Source of the DNA: the human T2T-CHM13v2.0 reference genome, Homo sapiens
DNA length: 64,000 nt
Reading direction: 5' to 3' (one strand)
Assembly: GCF_009914755.1 (NCBI RefSeq)
Contig: NC_060943.1
Shown here in pieces: positions 16,700 to 33,768 of this stretch (position 1 is the stretch's first letter; every line of letters begins with the position of its first letter). The notes under the pieces were generated by a model. That model was not told the origin of the DNA and did no database searches. It worked only from the letters and a program-made list of their open reading frames with translations. A program made the translations under genes and the position numbers.

Positions 16700-17029
16700 C
16701 CACCCTCATTCCATAACATTTTTCCTGCCAAACCACTCACCTTGTCACTCTCTTTAAATTAGCCAATTGGAATTAGATTAGCCTGTGTGGTCTAACCCTC
16801 GCCAATAGGGGAATGACACAGCAGCAAGGGCCATGTGCATCAGAAATAACCCCTTCCCCTCCCTTGTTCAGGTACGCACTCACCATTGCTCCCTCTGTGA
16901 GGGCACAACCTTCTATATAAGTAAATTGCCTTTCTGAGAAGAAAAAAAGAAAATTTTATATTTGGTGCTATTTCTTTTGCAGCACCGAAACTTTATTTAC
17001 AACACACTTAAAATGAGTTATATTTGTCA

Positions 17030-17720
17030 TGGAAAAGAGTCAAACTCTGTAAAATATTTTAAAATATTTATTCTGCACTAAATATGAATAATCATGGCCC
17101 ATGACACAACTCTCAGGAGGTCCTGAGAACATATGTCCAAGGTGATGGGGAACAGCTTCTTCTTAGACATTTTAGGGAGGCATTAGACATCAATCAAATA
17201 CATTTAAAAGATGCATTAATTTTGTTCAGAAAGGTGGGACAACTCAAAGTGGGAGCTTCCAGGCTACAGGTAAATTTAAACATTTTCTGATTAGAATTGG
17301 TTGAGTTTGTCTAAATACCTGGGATCAATAGAGAGGAAATGTTCAGGTTAAGATAAAAGATGTTGGAGACCAAGGTTCTTTTGAAGTCCTCTGCTGGCTG
17401 CCTTCAGAGAAAATAGATGATGAATGTTTTTTATTCAGACCTTTAAAAGGTGTTAGATTTTTAGTTATTCTCTTCAGGATTGGTAGGGCCTAGAAGAAAA
17501 AGATCTAGCTATGTTAACAGAGATTCTTTGCAGACGCACATGAACCTCTCACAAACGATACCTTTGAAGGACCATTTCAAAATATGGCACAGAAACATGT
17601 TTTGAGGTCAAATATTTTGACTTTCTTCTTTGTCATATGTTTTGTGGTTTGTAAGGCATGACCCCCTAGACTCTTTACATAGGAATTTGGACAAGATAAA
17701 AAAATCAGAGCTTACACCTC
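17030..17720 (-). mobile_element. MER4-family LTR
   Basis: gagtcaaactctgtaaaatattt...ctcaggaggtcctgagaacatatgtccaaggtg...ggagcttccaggctacaggtaaattt resembles the reverse MER4 consensus. Confidence 0.7.
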
Positions 17721-19045
17721 ATTCTCAAATACTTTTTTTTACAGTTCTTCCCTGCAATATAACTACTTTTACGATAAATGTTGTTGACAACATAATATGC
17801 TAACATCAATAATTTATAAATGTATTGTAATATTAAATTCACTCTATGTGCCTTCTGAAAAAATTAGAAAATGTACCTTTTATCTTCAAGTTGTACTTTT
17901 TTTTTTTCCTTCAGACAGGACCTAGTTCTGTCACCCCGGCTGGAATGCAGTGGCAGGAACACTGCTCCTTGCACCCTCAACCTCTGGTGCTCAAGCAATC
18001 CTCCCGCCACACCTCCCAACTAGCTGGAGCTGCAGGCCCTCACCACCAAGCCTGGCTAATTTGTTAGTACTTTGTAGAGGGGTGGTCCCACTATGATGCT
18101 CAGGCTAGCCTTCAACTCCTGGACTCAAGCGATCAACCCACCTTTGCTTCCCAAAGTGTTGGGGTTACAGGCAAGCCACCACACCCATCCAATTGCAATC
18201 TATTTTAGGTGTTTTCTTTGTTATTCTCTCCTGAGTGTTCTATCAGGTGGGAATAACAAAGGCTATAAAATATGCAGTCTTTAAATGTTAGGATTTATTT
18301 TCATATAGAGAAAGATCATGAAATATTACTAAGAATACATTGCAGTCAAGTTATTCCGTTTTACTTGGGCCCTGAAAAAATATAACTAAGTTATAAAATT
18401 GGCTGGGCACATTGACTCACACCTGTAATCCCAGCACTTTGGGAGGTCGAGGCAGGTGGATGACCCAGAGGTCAGGAGATTGAGACTAGCCTGGCTAACA
18501 TGGTGAAACCCCATCTGTACTAAAAATACAACAATTAGCTGGGTAAGGTGGCACAAAACTGTAATCTCAGCTACTCAGGAGATTGAGGCAGGAGAATCTC
18601 TTGAATCCAGGAGGCAGAGGTTGCAGTGAGCAAAGATCTCACCACAGCTCTCCAGCCTGAGCAAAAGAGTGAGATTCTGTCTCAAAAAAATAAAAATAAA
18701 AATAAAATGAAATTATAAATCACCTCATTTCTGCATGTAATACTTTTATGACTATATCTGTAAGTTAACATGTACTATGAACTATGTTTTTCTCCCACAT
18801 CCCTAGCTATGGAAGAATTCATCTATCAAACACTAGTAATTAGCTAAAATATGATTACATTTAGAAGGGAAATTAGCATATCTAGAATATTAGCAAGTTT
18901 AAAAAAGCATAATGTCGTCAGGCATGGTGGCTTGTGCCTGTAATCCGAGCATGATGGGAGGCTGAGGCAGGAGGATGGCTAGTGCCCAACAGTTGGAGTC
19001 CAGCCTAGGCAACATAGCACCTCATCTTTATGTTTTAAAAATTAA

Positions 19046-19338
<293 letters not shown>

Positions 19339-19846
19339 TAATCAGAAATAATTAATAAATAGAACATGATAATGGGTACAAAAAATAGAATAAGACCTAT
19401 TATTTCATAACACAACAGAATGACTGTAGTCAATGATTAAATTGTACATATAAAAATGGGGATGGCCAGGTGTGGTGGCTCAAACCTATAAGCCCTGTCT
19501 CTACCAAAAATACAAAAAAAACTGGATGTGAGCCTGTAATCCCAGCTACTCAGGAGACTGAGGCATGAGAATCACTTAAACCCAGGGAGCAGAGGTTGCA
19601 GTGAGTGGAGATTGCACCACTGCATTCCAGACTGTGCGAAAGAGCTGGACTCCATCTCAAAAAACTAAACAAATGGCTGGGCACAGTGGCTCATGCTTGA
19701 ATCCCAGCACTTTGGGAGCCAAGATGGGTGGATCCCCTGAGGTCAAGAGTTCGAGACCAGCCTGACCAACATGGTATAACCCTGTCTCTAAAAAAATACA
19801 AAATTAGCCGAGGGTGATGGCGCATGCCTGTAATCTCAGATATTCA

Positions 19847-19975
<129 letters not shown>

Positions 19976-20303
19976 CTATAAACAGAACATCAGAAAAAAA
20001 ATATAGAAAGTCACATGTATTTAAAAACCTTAAGCTTTTGAAAGCTGTTTTCCCAAGTAATCAAAAATGAGCCAATAACGATGCAAATATTATCTTTTTG
20101 TTTTTTGTTTTTTCTGGAGACAGAGATCATGCAACTGCACTCTAGCCTGGGTGACAGAGTGAGACTCCAACTCAAAAAAATAAATAAATAAAAAATTATT
20201 AGGCCAGGAGCAGTGGCTCTTTGGGAGGCTGAGGTGGGCCAATCACCTCAGGTCAAAAGTTCGAGACCAGCCTGGTCAACATGGTGCAACCCTATCTCTA
20301 CTA

Positions 20304-20591
<288 letters not shown>

Positions 20592-20699
20592 TCAAATGAA
20601 CTCTTGGGCCTTAAGCCTTTCAAAAGATCACCTGTTTCCTGTGAGGTTGGGGCTGTGGCCCTGATGTGTGAAGACTTAGGACCATCCTGTCATCATAGA

Positions 20700-21345
20700 A
20701 ACCCTAAACAAAATAAAGAAGGAAATTTACCTCAACAATATAAAAGACCATCCATGAAATGACCACAGCTGAAATAACCAATCAGGAAAAATTGAATGCT
20801 TTTCCTGTAGGATCTCACATGATGCTAGAACGTTCTCACCCTTTCTATTCAATCAATACTGACTGTCCTAGCCAGAGCAATGAAATAGCAAAAGAAATCA
20901 AACTCATCCAAATCAGAAAGAAATAAATAAAATTTTATTTGTTTGTAGATGACACGATCCTCTGTGTAGAAAGTCACAAAGACTCAACCAAAATACAAGT
21001 GGAACTAATAAACATTCAGTGGATTTGCAGAGTACAATATTAGCACCAAAATTAGTTGAATTTCCATGCAATAACAGTAAAAAATTTTAAAAGGAAATTA
21101 AGAAAACACTTCCATTTTCTAGAGAATTTAAACTAAGATATACTTAGGAATAAACGTAAAAATGCGAGAAGTTTCTACCTTGAAATCTATGAACATTGAT
21201 CAAAATGATTAAAAACATAGAGATACAACCAATATTGATAGATTGGAAAACTTAATCTCGTTAAATGATTATACAACCCAAGATGATTTAGATTTAACAC
21301 AACGCCCATACAAATCCCTATCAGTTTTTGTCAAAGAAACAAAAA
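20700..21345 (+). mobile_element. Old L1M ORF2 (reverse transcriptase) fragment
   Basis: Decayed RT: gtcctagccagagcaat (VLARA) and ttgtttgtagatgacacgatc (LFVDDTI, from FADDMI). Confidence 0.75.
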
Positions 21346-22485
21346 ACCGGCTGGGAAAAGTGGCTAACCTCTGTTGGCCAGGCTGGTCTAAAACTTCTGA
21401 CATCAAGTGATCTACCCACCTTGGGCTCCCAAAGTGCTGGGATTACAGGCATGAGCCACCACGGCCAGCTACTCTAAGCTATTTCTGACAAGACAGTGAA
21501 ATGAGTGACACAGGAAAAGGGGCATCTAATCACCAATGTCACTGAAGGCTGACAAATCTTATTAAACAAAGGAAGTTCAGAATCTGTACTATAAAGCTTG
21601 CGTTACTTGAAGCCATCTAATAGCATTAACTTGTTTTAAAAACCTGGGGGCAAATTAACATTACTTCTCAAATAAGGACACCAGGCCCACAGTGTTCATG
21701 TACTTCACCCCAATTTGCATGTACGGTAAGTGAGGGACAAGACTTGATCCTAGGCCTGAAGGATCCCACGACATGTACTTAAGCACAATAGTATGCCCAG
21801 GCAGTACAGGAAATGACCAGTCACAGAAAATACAAGAACAGAAAGAAATATATCAAGGGTGACACAAGGGCTGAGCTGGGACACAAGCGCTGAGCTGCGC
21901 TGCTGACAGTGGTTCTGAAGCCATCCCTCATGGATCATGTGCTGAGTCATCATACCCTGCACACACTGATTTAAGCGGCCTCCTATAATTTTGTCCAGTG
22001 GATGAACAAGGTCTTGACTTACTCAGTGAGAGTGGTGTTGGAGGGGATGGGCTCACGGGGAAATTGGGGTGTTCAGCATTACAAAATCGATAGGCTGAAA
22101 AGAAACAGTATTTGCATCCAGATCAATGTACCATGTGATGCAAGGCCAGGAAAGGAAGGGCAAGGGTGGAGGGCAGAAGTAATGGGCATGTAGGAGTGAA
22201 CTTTGTGCATGCATGTCTGTGGGAATATAATTCCACTAGGATAGACCAAATCTTGAGCTTGGACAAAAGTGGAACTAATTTAGCAAATGGTAAAATATTG
22301 ACCAGAGGTTAACTATACAAATTACAATATGGGCAAAGGACAAGAATGAACGACATTCAGGCCAGGTGCAGTGGCTCATGCTTGTAATCCCACCACTTTG
22401 GGAGGCCGATGCAGGCAGATCATGAGGTCAGGAGTTCAGGACAGCCTGACCAACATGGTGAAACCCTGTCTCTACTAACAATACA

Positions 22486-23602
22486 GCTCTCGCTCTCCCT
22501 CTCCCTCTCCCGCTCACTGCAACCTCCCTGCCTGATTCTCCTGCCTCAGCCTGCCGAGTGCCTGCAATTGCAGGCGTGCGCCGCCACGCCTGACTGGTTT
22601 TCGTATTTTTTTGGTGGAGACGGGGTTTCGCTGTGTTGGTTGGGCTGGTCTCCAGCTCCTAACCGTGAGTGATCTGCCAGCCTCGGCCTCCCGAGGTGCC
22701 GGGATTGCAGACGGAGTCTCGTTCACTCAGTGCTCAATGGTGCCCAGGCTGGAGTGCAGTGGCCTGATCTCGGCTCACTACAACCTCCACCTCCCAGCCG
22801 CCTGCCTTGGCCTCCCAAAGTGCCGAGATTGCAGCCTCTGCCCGGCCGCCACCCCGTCTGGGAAGTGAGGAGCGTCTCTGCCTGGCCGCCCATGTCTGGG
22901 ATGTGAGGAGCCTGCCCCGGCCCGGCTAGCCTCCCCGTCCGGGAGGGAGGTGGGGGGCAGCTCCCGCCCGGCCAGCCGCCCCGTCTGGGAGGGAGGTGGG
23001 GGGCGCCTCTGCCCGGCCGCCCCTACTGGGAAGTGAGGAGCCCCTCTGCCTGGCCACCACCCCGTCTGGGAGGTGTGCCCAACAGCTCATTGAGAACGGG
23101 CCAGGATGACAATGGCGGCTTTGTGGAATAGAAAGGGGGGAAAGGTGGGGAAAAGATTGAGAAATCGGATGGTTGCCGTGTCTGTGTAGAAAGAAGTAGA
23201 CATGGGAGACTTTTCATTTTGTTCTGCACTAAGAAAAATTCCTCTGCCTTGGGATCCTGTTGATCTGTGACCTTACCCCCAACCCTGTGCTCTCTGAAAC
23301 ATGTGCTGTGTCCACTCAGGGTTAAATGGATTAAGGGCGGTGCAAGATGTGCTTTGTTAAACAGATGCTTGAAGGCAGCATGCTCCTTAAGAGTCATCAC
23401 CACTCCCTAATCTCAAGTAATCAGGGACACAAACACTGCGGAAGGCCGCAGGGTCCTCTGCCTAGGAAAACCAGAGACCTTTGTTCACTTGTTTATCTGC
23501 TGACCTTCCCTCCACTGTTGTCCTATGACCCTGCCAAATCCCCCTCTGTGAGAAACACCCAAGAATGATCAATAAAAAAAAAAAAGAAAAAAGAAAAAAA
23601 AA
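22486..23602 (+). mobile_element. SVA retrotransposon (young, D/F-like; short VNTR) inserted in an Alu
   Basis: CCCTCT hexamer start, Alu-like domain, GC-rich VNTR (~22830-23075), SINE-R, AATAAA at 23571 and A-rich tail. Alu left arm precedes it; Alu right arm resumes at ~23780. Confidence 0.95.
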
Positions 23603-23670
23603 TAAAGGAAGAAGATACAATCAAAAAAACAAAAACAAAAACAAAACAATCAAAATCAGCCTGCAGTTCA

Positions 23671-24261
<591 letters not shown>

Positions 24262-24295
24262 TCATGAGGTCAGGAGTTCAAGACCAGCCTGACTA

Positions 24296-24538
<243 letters not shown>

Positions 24539-24691
24539 CTACATGTGTGATTGGTCAAATTAGTGAAGAAAAACAATAATGCGCTAACTAAAATGGTTGC
24601 ATATGAAAATTAGAGGATAAGGCCAGGCTCGGTGGCTCAAGCCTGTAATCCTAGCACTTTGGGAGGTCGAGGCAGGTAGATCACAAGATCA

Positions 24692-24892
<201 letters not shown>

Positions 24893-25115
24893 TCATCTCA
24901 AAAAAAAAAAAAAAAAGAAAAAAGAAAAAAAAACTGGAGGGTAAATCTTGTTTCTTATGTAAAAACAAGGGTGTCTCTTTTCCTGGTTCCTATATTATTT
25001 GAAGTCATATCCCTGGACTTTTAAACACAATCTCTGGAATAAATGAGACATGAAAAGTGAAGGTGACAGACTAGCAAATGCCAGGCCCTCATATCCTCAT
25101 GGAGACACCAACTCA

Positions 25116-25313
<198 letters not shown>

Positions 25314-25784
25314 CTACTCAGGAGGCTGAGGCAGGAGAATCACTTGAACCCAGGAGGCCAAGGTTGCAGTGAGCTGAGATCACACAACTGCCTCCACCCT
25401 GGGTGACAGAGCAAGACTCCATCTCAAAAAAAAAAAAAGAAATGAACACTAAAATATAGGGATTTCATTCAACCTCACAAGCTCCCTTAATAAGACTGAT
25501 GAAAACCATATCTGTTACAGGGTTGATTCTACAACAAATTGAACAAAGGTTTTCTTGTTAAAAATGAACAGTGACACATATTGGTGTGAAAAATGTGAAA
25601 TGAACAACAGTTCAGTCAAGAGCCTCATAGGAGGCTGTGAGCCCAAATGACATCCTCAGTAGGAGGAATTTTAACACCACTGACTGCTGCTTAGAGAAGA
25701 CGATCATTAGTTTATGGGATGAACATTGCCACAGTGCCACTGAGAGAAACTTCTATGATGCTCCTCAAAAACCAGAATGGCTCA

Positions 25785-25961
<177 letters not shown>

Positions 25962-26585
25962 TCAGGCAGGAGAATTGCTTGAACCCAGAAGGTGGAGGTT
26001 GCAATGAGCACAGATTGCACCACTGCACTCCAGCATGGGTGACAGAGGGAGACTGTATCTCAAAAAATAAATAAATAAAAGAAAGCATGACAGCTGGAAA
26101 CACTTATCAGTCAGTGTGATGCTTTCTATCTCATAACCTGGTCCACGCTGACAATTCTGCTCAGGGTTTCCAGGGCGCCTCTGCCTAGAGCAGGATGATG
26201 TTCAATCATAACAGTCAAAGTGTTCTTCATGAATTTTCTGTTTTTATGCAAACTCACTCCATAGGGGAGTGCCTAACAAGCTATCCATGACTGATAGGAG
26301 GGTCATCACTGCAGAAAACAATGACACGTACATCAAAAGCATGTATGGGGGCTGGGCACAGTGGCTCACACCTGTAAGCCCAGCACTTTGAGAGGCTGAG
26401 GCGGGTGGATCACCTGAGGTTGGGGTTCGAGACCAGACTGACCAACATGGAGAAGTCCTGTCGCTACTAAAAATACAAAATTAGCCAGGCGTAGTGGCAC
26501 ATGCTGGTAATCCCAGCTACTTGAGAGGCTGAAGGAGGAGAATTGCTTGAACCTTGGAGACAGAGGTTGTGGTAAGAAGAGATCA

Positions 26586-26873
<288 letters not shown>

Positions 26874-26962
26874 CTAAAATGAAACACACATTTCCACAAA
26901 ACATCATGGAGGAGTCAGTTATCACCTTCCCACAAAATGAGAAAAGAGAAAATAAGTACTAA

Positions 26963-27362
<400 letters not shown>

Positions 27363-28212
27363 TCCACAAAATATTTTAAGATCCCTTAAGTCACTGTGGA
27401 TGTCTCGGTTTTATGGACAATGTAAAAAATATACAAATAAAAAGGAAACACAGGGCTTGGTGTGGTGGCTCATGCCTGTAATCAAAACACTTTGGGAGGC
27501 CAAGCCGGGCAGATCATTTGAGGTCAAGAGTTGGAAACCAGCCTGGCCAACATGGTAAAACCTCTTCTCTACTAAAAATATAAAAAGTAGCCAGGCATGG
27601 TGGCAGGCACCTGTAATCCCAGCTACACAGGAAGCTGAGGTAGGAGAATCTCGAGCCCAGGAGACGGAGGCTGCAGTGAGTTGAGATCACACCACTGCAC
27701 TCCAGCCTGGGTGACAGAGTGAGACTTTCTCAAAAAAAAAAAAAAAAAAAAAGCAAACGAACATAGAGTTTTCTCTACAGATAGTATGTTCAACATAACA
27801 GGTGATATTCATTACCTAGATGAGCTGAAATACAAGTGGTGTCTAGAGAGGACAAAGTCCAATGAATTTGATAGAAAAGAAAAGAGAGTAAAGTCCAAAA
27901 CTGAAAACTGTTGTGATGACAGCAATAGCCATGAATAACATTTTTGAATGCTTCCCATGTGCTATACACTGTTCTAAGTGCTTCCCATGTCTTAAGCCAT
28001 AAAATAACATACTGTCCCATGAAGAAAGATCTGTACTTGGAGACAAGTGCATCACACATACTAGGAAAATTACCACAAATCAAATAGCTAAAAATGTCAA
28101 CACAAGCACTGAATCCAGATGTCTGGGATTCAGATTTGAATATAACCACCTAAGTAAAAGATACAGCTTCAAAACTAAACTGACACAGGTTTATCTAATG
28201 GAGAGAACATGA

Positions 28213-28533
<321 letters not shown>

Positions 28534-29669
28534 TGATTCACCCTCTTCAGCCTCCCAAAGTGCTGGGATTACGGGCATGAGCCACCGTGCCTGGCCTGTT
28601 TTTACTATTAACTCATTATTGTGATAGTTGACAACAATGAAAAATACTTAAAATTATTAAAATTATAAAAAAAAAACTTATTGCAAATGATGTGTTTTCT
28701 ACGTAACCATGGACTTATCCATCCATGTATTCTCCCAAGATGGGAGGATCCCTAGAGGTCAGTAGATCAAGGCTATAGTGAGCTATGATTGCACCACTGC
28801 ACTTCACCCTGGACAGAATAAAAATACAATATAAAAAATAATTCTGGAAGTGGTGGCTCATGCCTGAAATCCCAACACTTTGGGAGGCTGAGGTGGGCAG
28901 ATCACAAGGTCAGGAGTTCAAGACCAGCCTGGCCAACATGGTGAAACTCCATCTCTACTAAAAACACAAAAATTACCCAGGCATGGCAGTGCATACCTGT
29001 AGTCCCAGCTACTCAGGAGGCTGAGGCAGAATTGCTTGAACCCAGGAGTCAGAGGTTGCACTGAGCTGAGATTGCACCACTGCTCTCCAGCCTAGGCAAC
29101 AAAGCGAGACTCCATCTCAAAAAACAAGAAAAAGAAAAAGAAAAAGAAAAAGAAAAAGAAAAGATGTAGCTATGTGTGGTGACACATGCCTATCCTTCTA
29201 GCTCTTTGGGAGGCTAAAATGGGGATCACTTGAGCCCAGGAGTTCAAGGCTGCTGTAAACTAGAATTTTGCCATTGTACTCCAGACCTGGGCCACAGAGC
29301 GACACCTTCTCTCTCTGTCTCTCTTTTTTTTTCTAGATGGAGTCTCTCTCTGTTGCCCAGGCTGGAGTACAGTGGCACCATCTCGGATTACTGCAACCTC
29401 CACCTTCCGGGTTCAAGTGATTCTCCTGTCTCAGCCTTTTGAGTAGCTGAGATTATAGGCATGTGCCACCACACCCAGCTAATTTTTGTATTTTTAGTAG
29501 AGATGAGGTTTCACCATGTTGGCCAGCTGCTCTCAAACTCCTGACTTCAAGTGATCCACCCGCCTTGGCCTCCCAAAGTGCTGGCATTACAGGGGTGAGC
29601 CACCACAGCCAGCCCCACATTTACATTATGGCATCTTGACTTGATCCTCAGCTCCTCAGCTGCCCTGTG

Positions 29670-29673
<4 letters not shown>

Positions 29674-29726
<53 letters not shown>
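29674..29726. repeat. (TG)~26 microsatellite
   Basis: Direct reading. Confidence 0.95.
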
Positions 29727-29729
<3 letters not shown>

Positions 29730-30449
29730 CTCACGTGTTGTGACAGGCAAGGAAAAGCCAGTAGAGCATCATCGCCACTGGCCTGGCAGGAGGAGGTGGC
29801 CCTCGGGCTGCAGTTCACTGTGCTGTTTGCACTCTGATTCTTGGAAGAATCTTTCCTGAAGTCACGGAGCCTCCAGCTCCTCCGGAACAGAACTAGTTGT
29901 GTAGGAGTGTGTCCTTCATGCCCCTCAGGTCCCTGACCTTCTCCCCACCCTTCCTGAAGGGAATCCAAAGGGAAGGGCAAAGTCCCTGCCCATAATGGCC
30001 AAACTGGGTCCTGGTGATGTGCAGAGCATGGAAGACCTGGGAGCTGGAGTGAGGCAGTTCACACAGATGACAAAAATGGAGATGCCTCAGGACTGGCTGA
30101 AGATGCAGGGTCTGGTCTGTAGGGCTTTTCTGACCTTAGAGAGGCCTTCTCCTCTTATTTTGACTAAAACAAATTGCCACAGGAAGTTTAGATCAATTAG
30201 AGTTGAAATTTCCAGAAGAAATGTGGGAACATCCTCACATTTGCCCCAGCCCCTCAGTCTTCCGAGGACACCTCAGCATCTAAACTGCAACCCCAGAGTA
30301 GGTGCTGCTGTTGTCCTGTGGCCAAGATGGTAATTGTGCATCCTTCAAGTAAGGGAGACACAACACACAAAGTAATCCATGCAGAAGGGTGTTTCTGGGC
30401 GGGCACAGTGACTCCCGTCTGCAATTCCAGTACACCGGGAGACCAAGGC

Positions 30450-32342
30450 AGGTGGATCACCTGAGGTCACGAGTTTGAGATTAGCCATGCCAACATGGTG
30501 AAACCCTGTCTCTACTAAAAATACAAAAATTGAGCTGGGTGCAGGGCTCATGCCTGTAATCCTAGCACTCTGGGAGGCCGAGGCTGGTGGATCACTTGAG
30601 GTCAGGAGTTTGAGACCAGCCTGGCCAACATCGTGAAACTGCATCTCTACTAAAAACATAAAAAGTAGCCTGGCTTGGTGGGCATCTGTAATCCCAGCTA
30701 CTCGGGAGGCTGAGGCAGGAGAATTGCTTGAACTCTGGTGGTGGAGGTTGTAGTGAGCCGAGATCACACCACTACACTCCAGCCTGGGTGACAGAGTGAG
30801 ACTCAAAAATAAAATATAATAAAATAAAAATAAAAATACAAAAATTAACCAGGTGTGGTGGCACACCCCTATAATCCCAGCTACTTGGGAGGCTGAGGCA
30901 CAAGAATCACTTGAAGCTAGGAGACAGAGATTGCAGTGAGCCAAGATCACAAGAGTGCACTCATAGTTTGGACAATAGAGTGAGACTCTGTCTAAAAAAA
31001 GAAAAAAAAAGGAAAGAAAGAAAAAGTGCTTCTGATATGATTGATGCAGAGATAATAAAACCTGAGTAACGTGATAGAGACTGGTGGGCAGAGGGAACTT
31101 CAGATGTGGGTGGGAGGGCATGGGAGACAGCTCTGAGCCTAGAACTGAAGGAGGAGAAAGGGACAATGCAGTGATCATTTAGGGACATAGGGTAAGAGCA
31201 GGGACAATGACCTGAGACAGAAAAGGTTTTGGTGTTTGGGAAAAAAAAAATGTGACTGGGGCAGAGGGAGTCATGAGATGAGGGCAAGCTCCCAGGAGGC
31301 TGGACACTGGCAGGGGCCCTGGACACAGGGCTGTGGAGCCACAGTGAGGAGTTGGGCTTTTGTCCTGGGGAACACGGGAAGCCGGTGGAGGGTTCCCTGC
31401 CAGGCACTGACATGACCTGCTTTAGATTTGGCTGTGATGTCCTCATACAGAGAAAGGCCCCGAAGATGGTCTCTGTGTCTGAGTCTACCGCTCTGTTTCT
31501 TCCATTCTTCTGCTTTTCTTCATTTTTGGGGTACTGCATCCCATTTAAAATTCTAGTTACAACTGGGCACTCCCCTCTCCCAGAAGAAAAGCCACACCCA
31601 GACACCCACTCTATTTTGCCAATCATTTCAGGGGCCAGGGTCACTCAGGGTGAGCTTTTCTGGTCTAGCCCCTCATCTCCAAGTTGCAGGGACGCTCACT
31701 GGGCTCAGAGCGGGGACATTTTCACCGAGTTACCCTGAGAAGATCTGAGATGAGTGAGAAGGTGTGTCTGAATTCTTACATGGGGGCCTGGAAGGGCTAA
31801 CGGGAAGGGTTGGTCTTTATCACCCCTATCCTTGAAAATTACAGAAGCATCTTTCAAATACCTGGGCTAAAGAAACTTCCTTTACAAAGTTCTGATGCCA
31901 CTGATTCCTGACATTTAATTCTTCCTTAAAAAAAAATCACAGTCACATTCATAAAATGCAGAAGTGTGAACACACAGTAATTGACCTTGAAAACAGGGAA
32001 AGAAAGTCAGCTGTAGAACTAAGACGTAAGCGAACTGTTTCAATCAAGAATATATGGGTGGTCAGGCACGGTAGCTCTTGCCTGTAATCCCAGCACATTG
32101 GGAGGTCGAGGTGGGCAGATCACCTGAGGTCAGGAGCTCGAGACCAGCCTGGCAAACATGGTGAAACCTTGTCTCTACTAAAAATACAAAAAATGAGCCA
32201 GGCATGGTGGCAGGCAACTGTAATCCCAGCTACTCAGGAGGCTGAAGCAGGAGAATCACTTAAATCCTGGAGGCAAATGTTTCTGCAAGCTGAGATGGCA
32301 CCATTGCACTTCCAGCCTGGGGAACAAGAGTGTAACTGTCAC

Positions 32343-32374
<32 letters not shown>

Positions 32375-33350
32375 GGAGTGCTTCTGGAACAGCATTCCAT
32401 GCCAATCCAACCCATCTTTCAACATTTGTCCAAACGCACCAGAGGGCCTTGAGGGAAACATGAACTTAATAGCTCCCAGCTCAAGATTTTAACAAATGAC
32501 ATAAGGAAAGAAAACTGAAAAATAGACTAACTGGTTAAACTGCATTTTGATGTTAAGGTAAAAGGTCACTGACATCTTTACCAGGTACACACTGAAACAA
32601 TCAAACTTCTGTATGAGGTACCAAAGTTTTCCAATAAATAATAAAAACTAGAAAGCATGCAGACCTCGATCTGAACTGGATGCAACTAATTTCAAACCGA
32701 AACTATTTTTAAATTGTTTTAAAAAAAAATCTAACAAACTCTGAGGTCAACGGGAACTTAACTGGAACATATACATGTACAGAAAGGAATGATGTGAGCT
32801 GGTTATAGGATGCCACAAAGCCATCTTTCAGAAGTGATTAAGTATTAAAAAAGATACTCTTAAAACTAAGATTTTTCTCAAACTCCAACTGCAAAAAAAT
32901 TACATATATATATATATATATATATAAATAAATGAGAAACCAGAAAGAAAAAAAAAAAGAAATCTATTACACAACAAGAACAAAAGCACTTTTGATACCC
33001 CTTTTATTTTTTATTTTTTGTTTGTTTGTTTTTCTGAGATGGAGACTCGCTATGCCACCCAGGCTGCAGTGCAGCAACATGATTTCAGCTCACTGCAACC
33101 TCTACCTCCCAGGTTCAAGTGATTGTGTACCTCATCTTCCTGGGCAGCTGGAACTACAGGTGCACGCCACCATGCCTGGCTAAGTTTTGTATTTTTCATA
33201 GAGACGGCGTTTCACCATGTTGGCCAGGCTGCTCTTGAACTCCTGACCTTACGTGATTCTCTCACCTCGGTCTCCCAAAGTGCTGGGATTACAGGCATGA
33301 GATACCACACCTGGCTTTGATGTCCATTTTAGAAAGTACTATGGGCTGGG
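30450..33350 (+). repeat. Direct paralogous block of ~46560-50400; a more diverged third copy lies at ~9000-10330
   Basis: Shared unique sequence, e.g. cctcatacagagaaaggccccgaagatggtctctgtgtctgagtctacc (31441 / 47517) and ggacataaggaaagaaaactgaaa...gactaactggttaaa (32498 / 49221). The nested Alu arrangement is also shared. Confidence 0.9.
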
Positions 33351-33768
33351 TGCAGTGGCTCACATCTGTAATCCCAGCACTTTGGGAGATCGAGGTGAGC
33401 AGATCACCTGAGGTCAGGAGTTTGAGACCAGCCTCTCTAACATGGAGAAACCCTGTCTCTACTAAAAATACAAAATTGGCCCAGAGTGGTGGCGCATGCC
33501 TGTAATCCCAACTACTCAGGAGGCTAAGGCAGGAGAATTGCTTGAACCCAGAAAGCAGAGGTTGCACTAAGCTGAGATTGCAACATTGCCCTCCAGCCTG
33601 AGCAACAAGAGTAAAACTCCATCTCAAAAAAAAAAAAAAAAGTACTATGTAGGCCAGGCGCAGTGCCTCAACCCTGTAATCCCAGTACTTTGGGAGGTCA
33701 AAGCAGGAGGATCCTTTGAGCCCAGGATTTTGAGACCAGCTTGGGAATTTAAAACCCCGTTTTACAAT

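Noticed and set aside
23023-23568. 126-aa and 73-aa ORFs
   Set aside because: Standard SVA SINE-R translations.
30345-31178. 277-aa minus ORF and the many other 60-190 aa ORFs containing LECSG/SASRVAG/HHVGQAG
   Set aside because: Alu antisense translations.
30961-31738. ORFs 30961-31644 and 31352-31738 with apparent homologs at 47082-47836
   Set aside because: Similarity comes from the segmental duplication. Frames, starts and ends differ between copies and no domain is recognisable.
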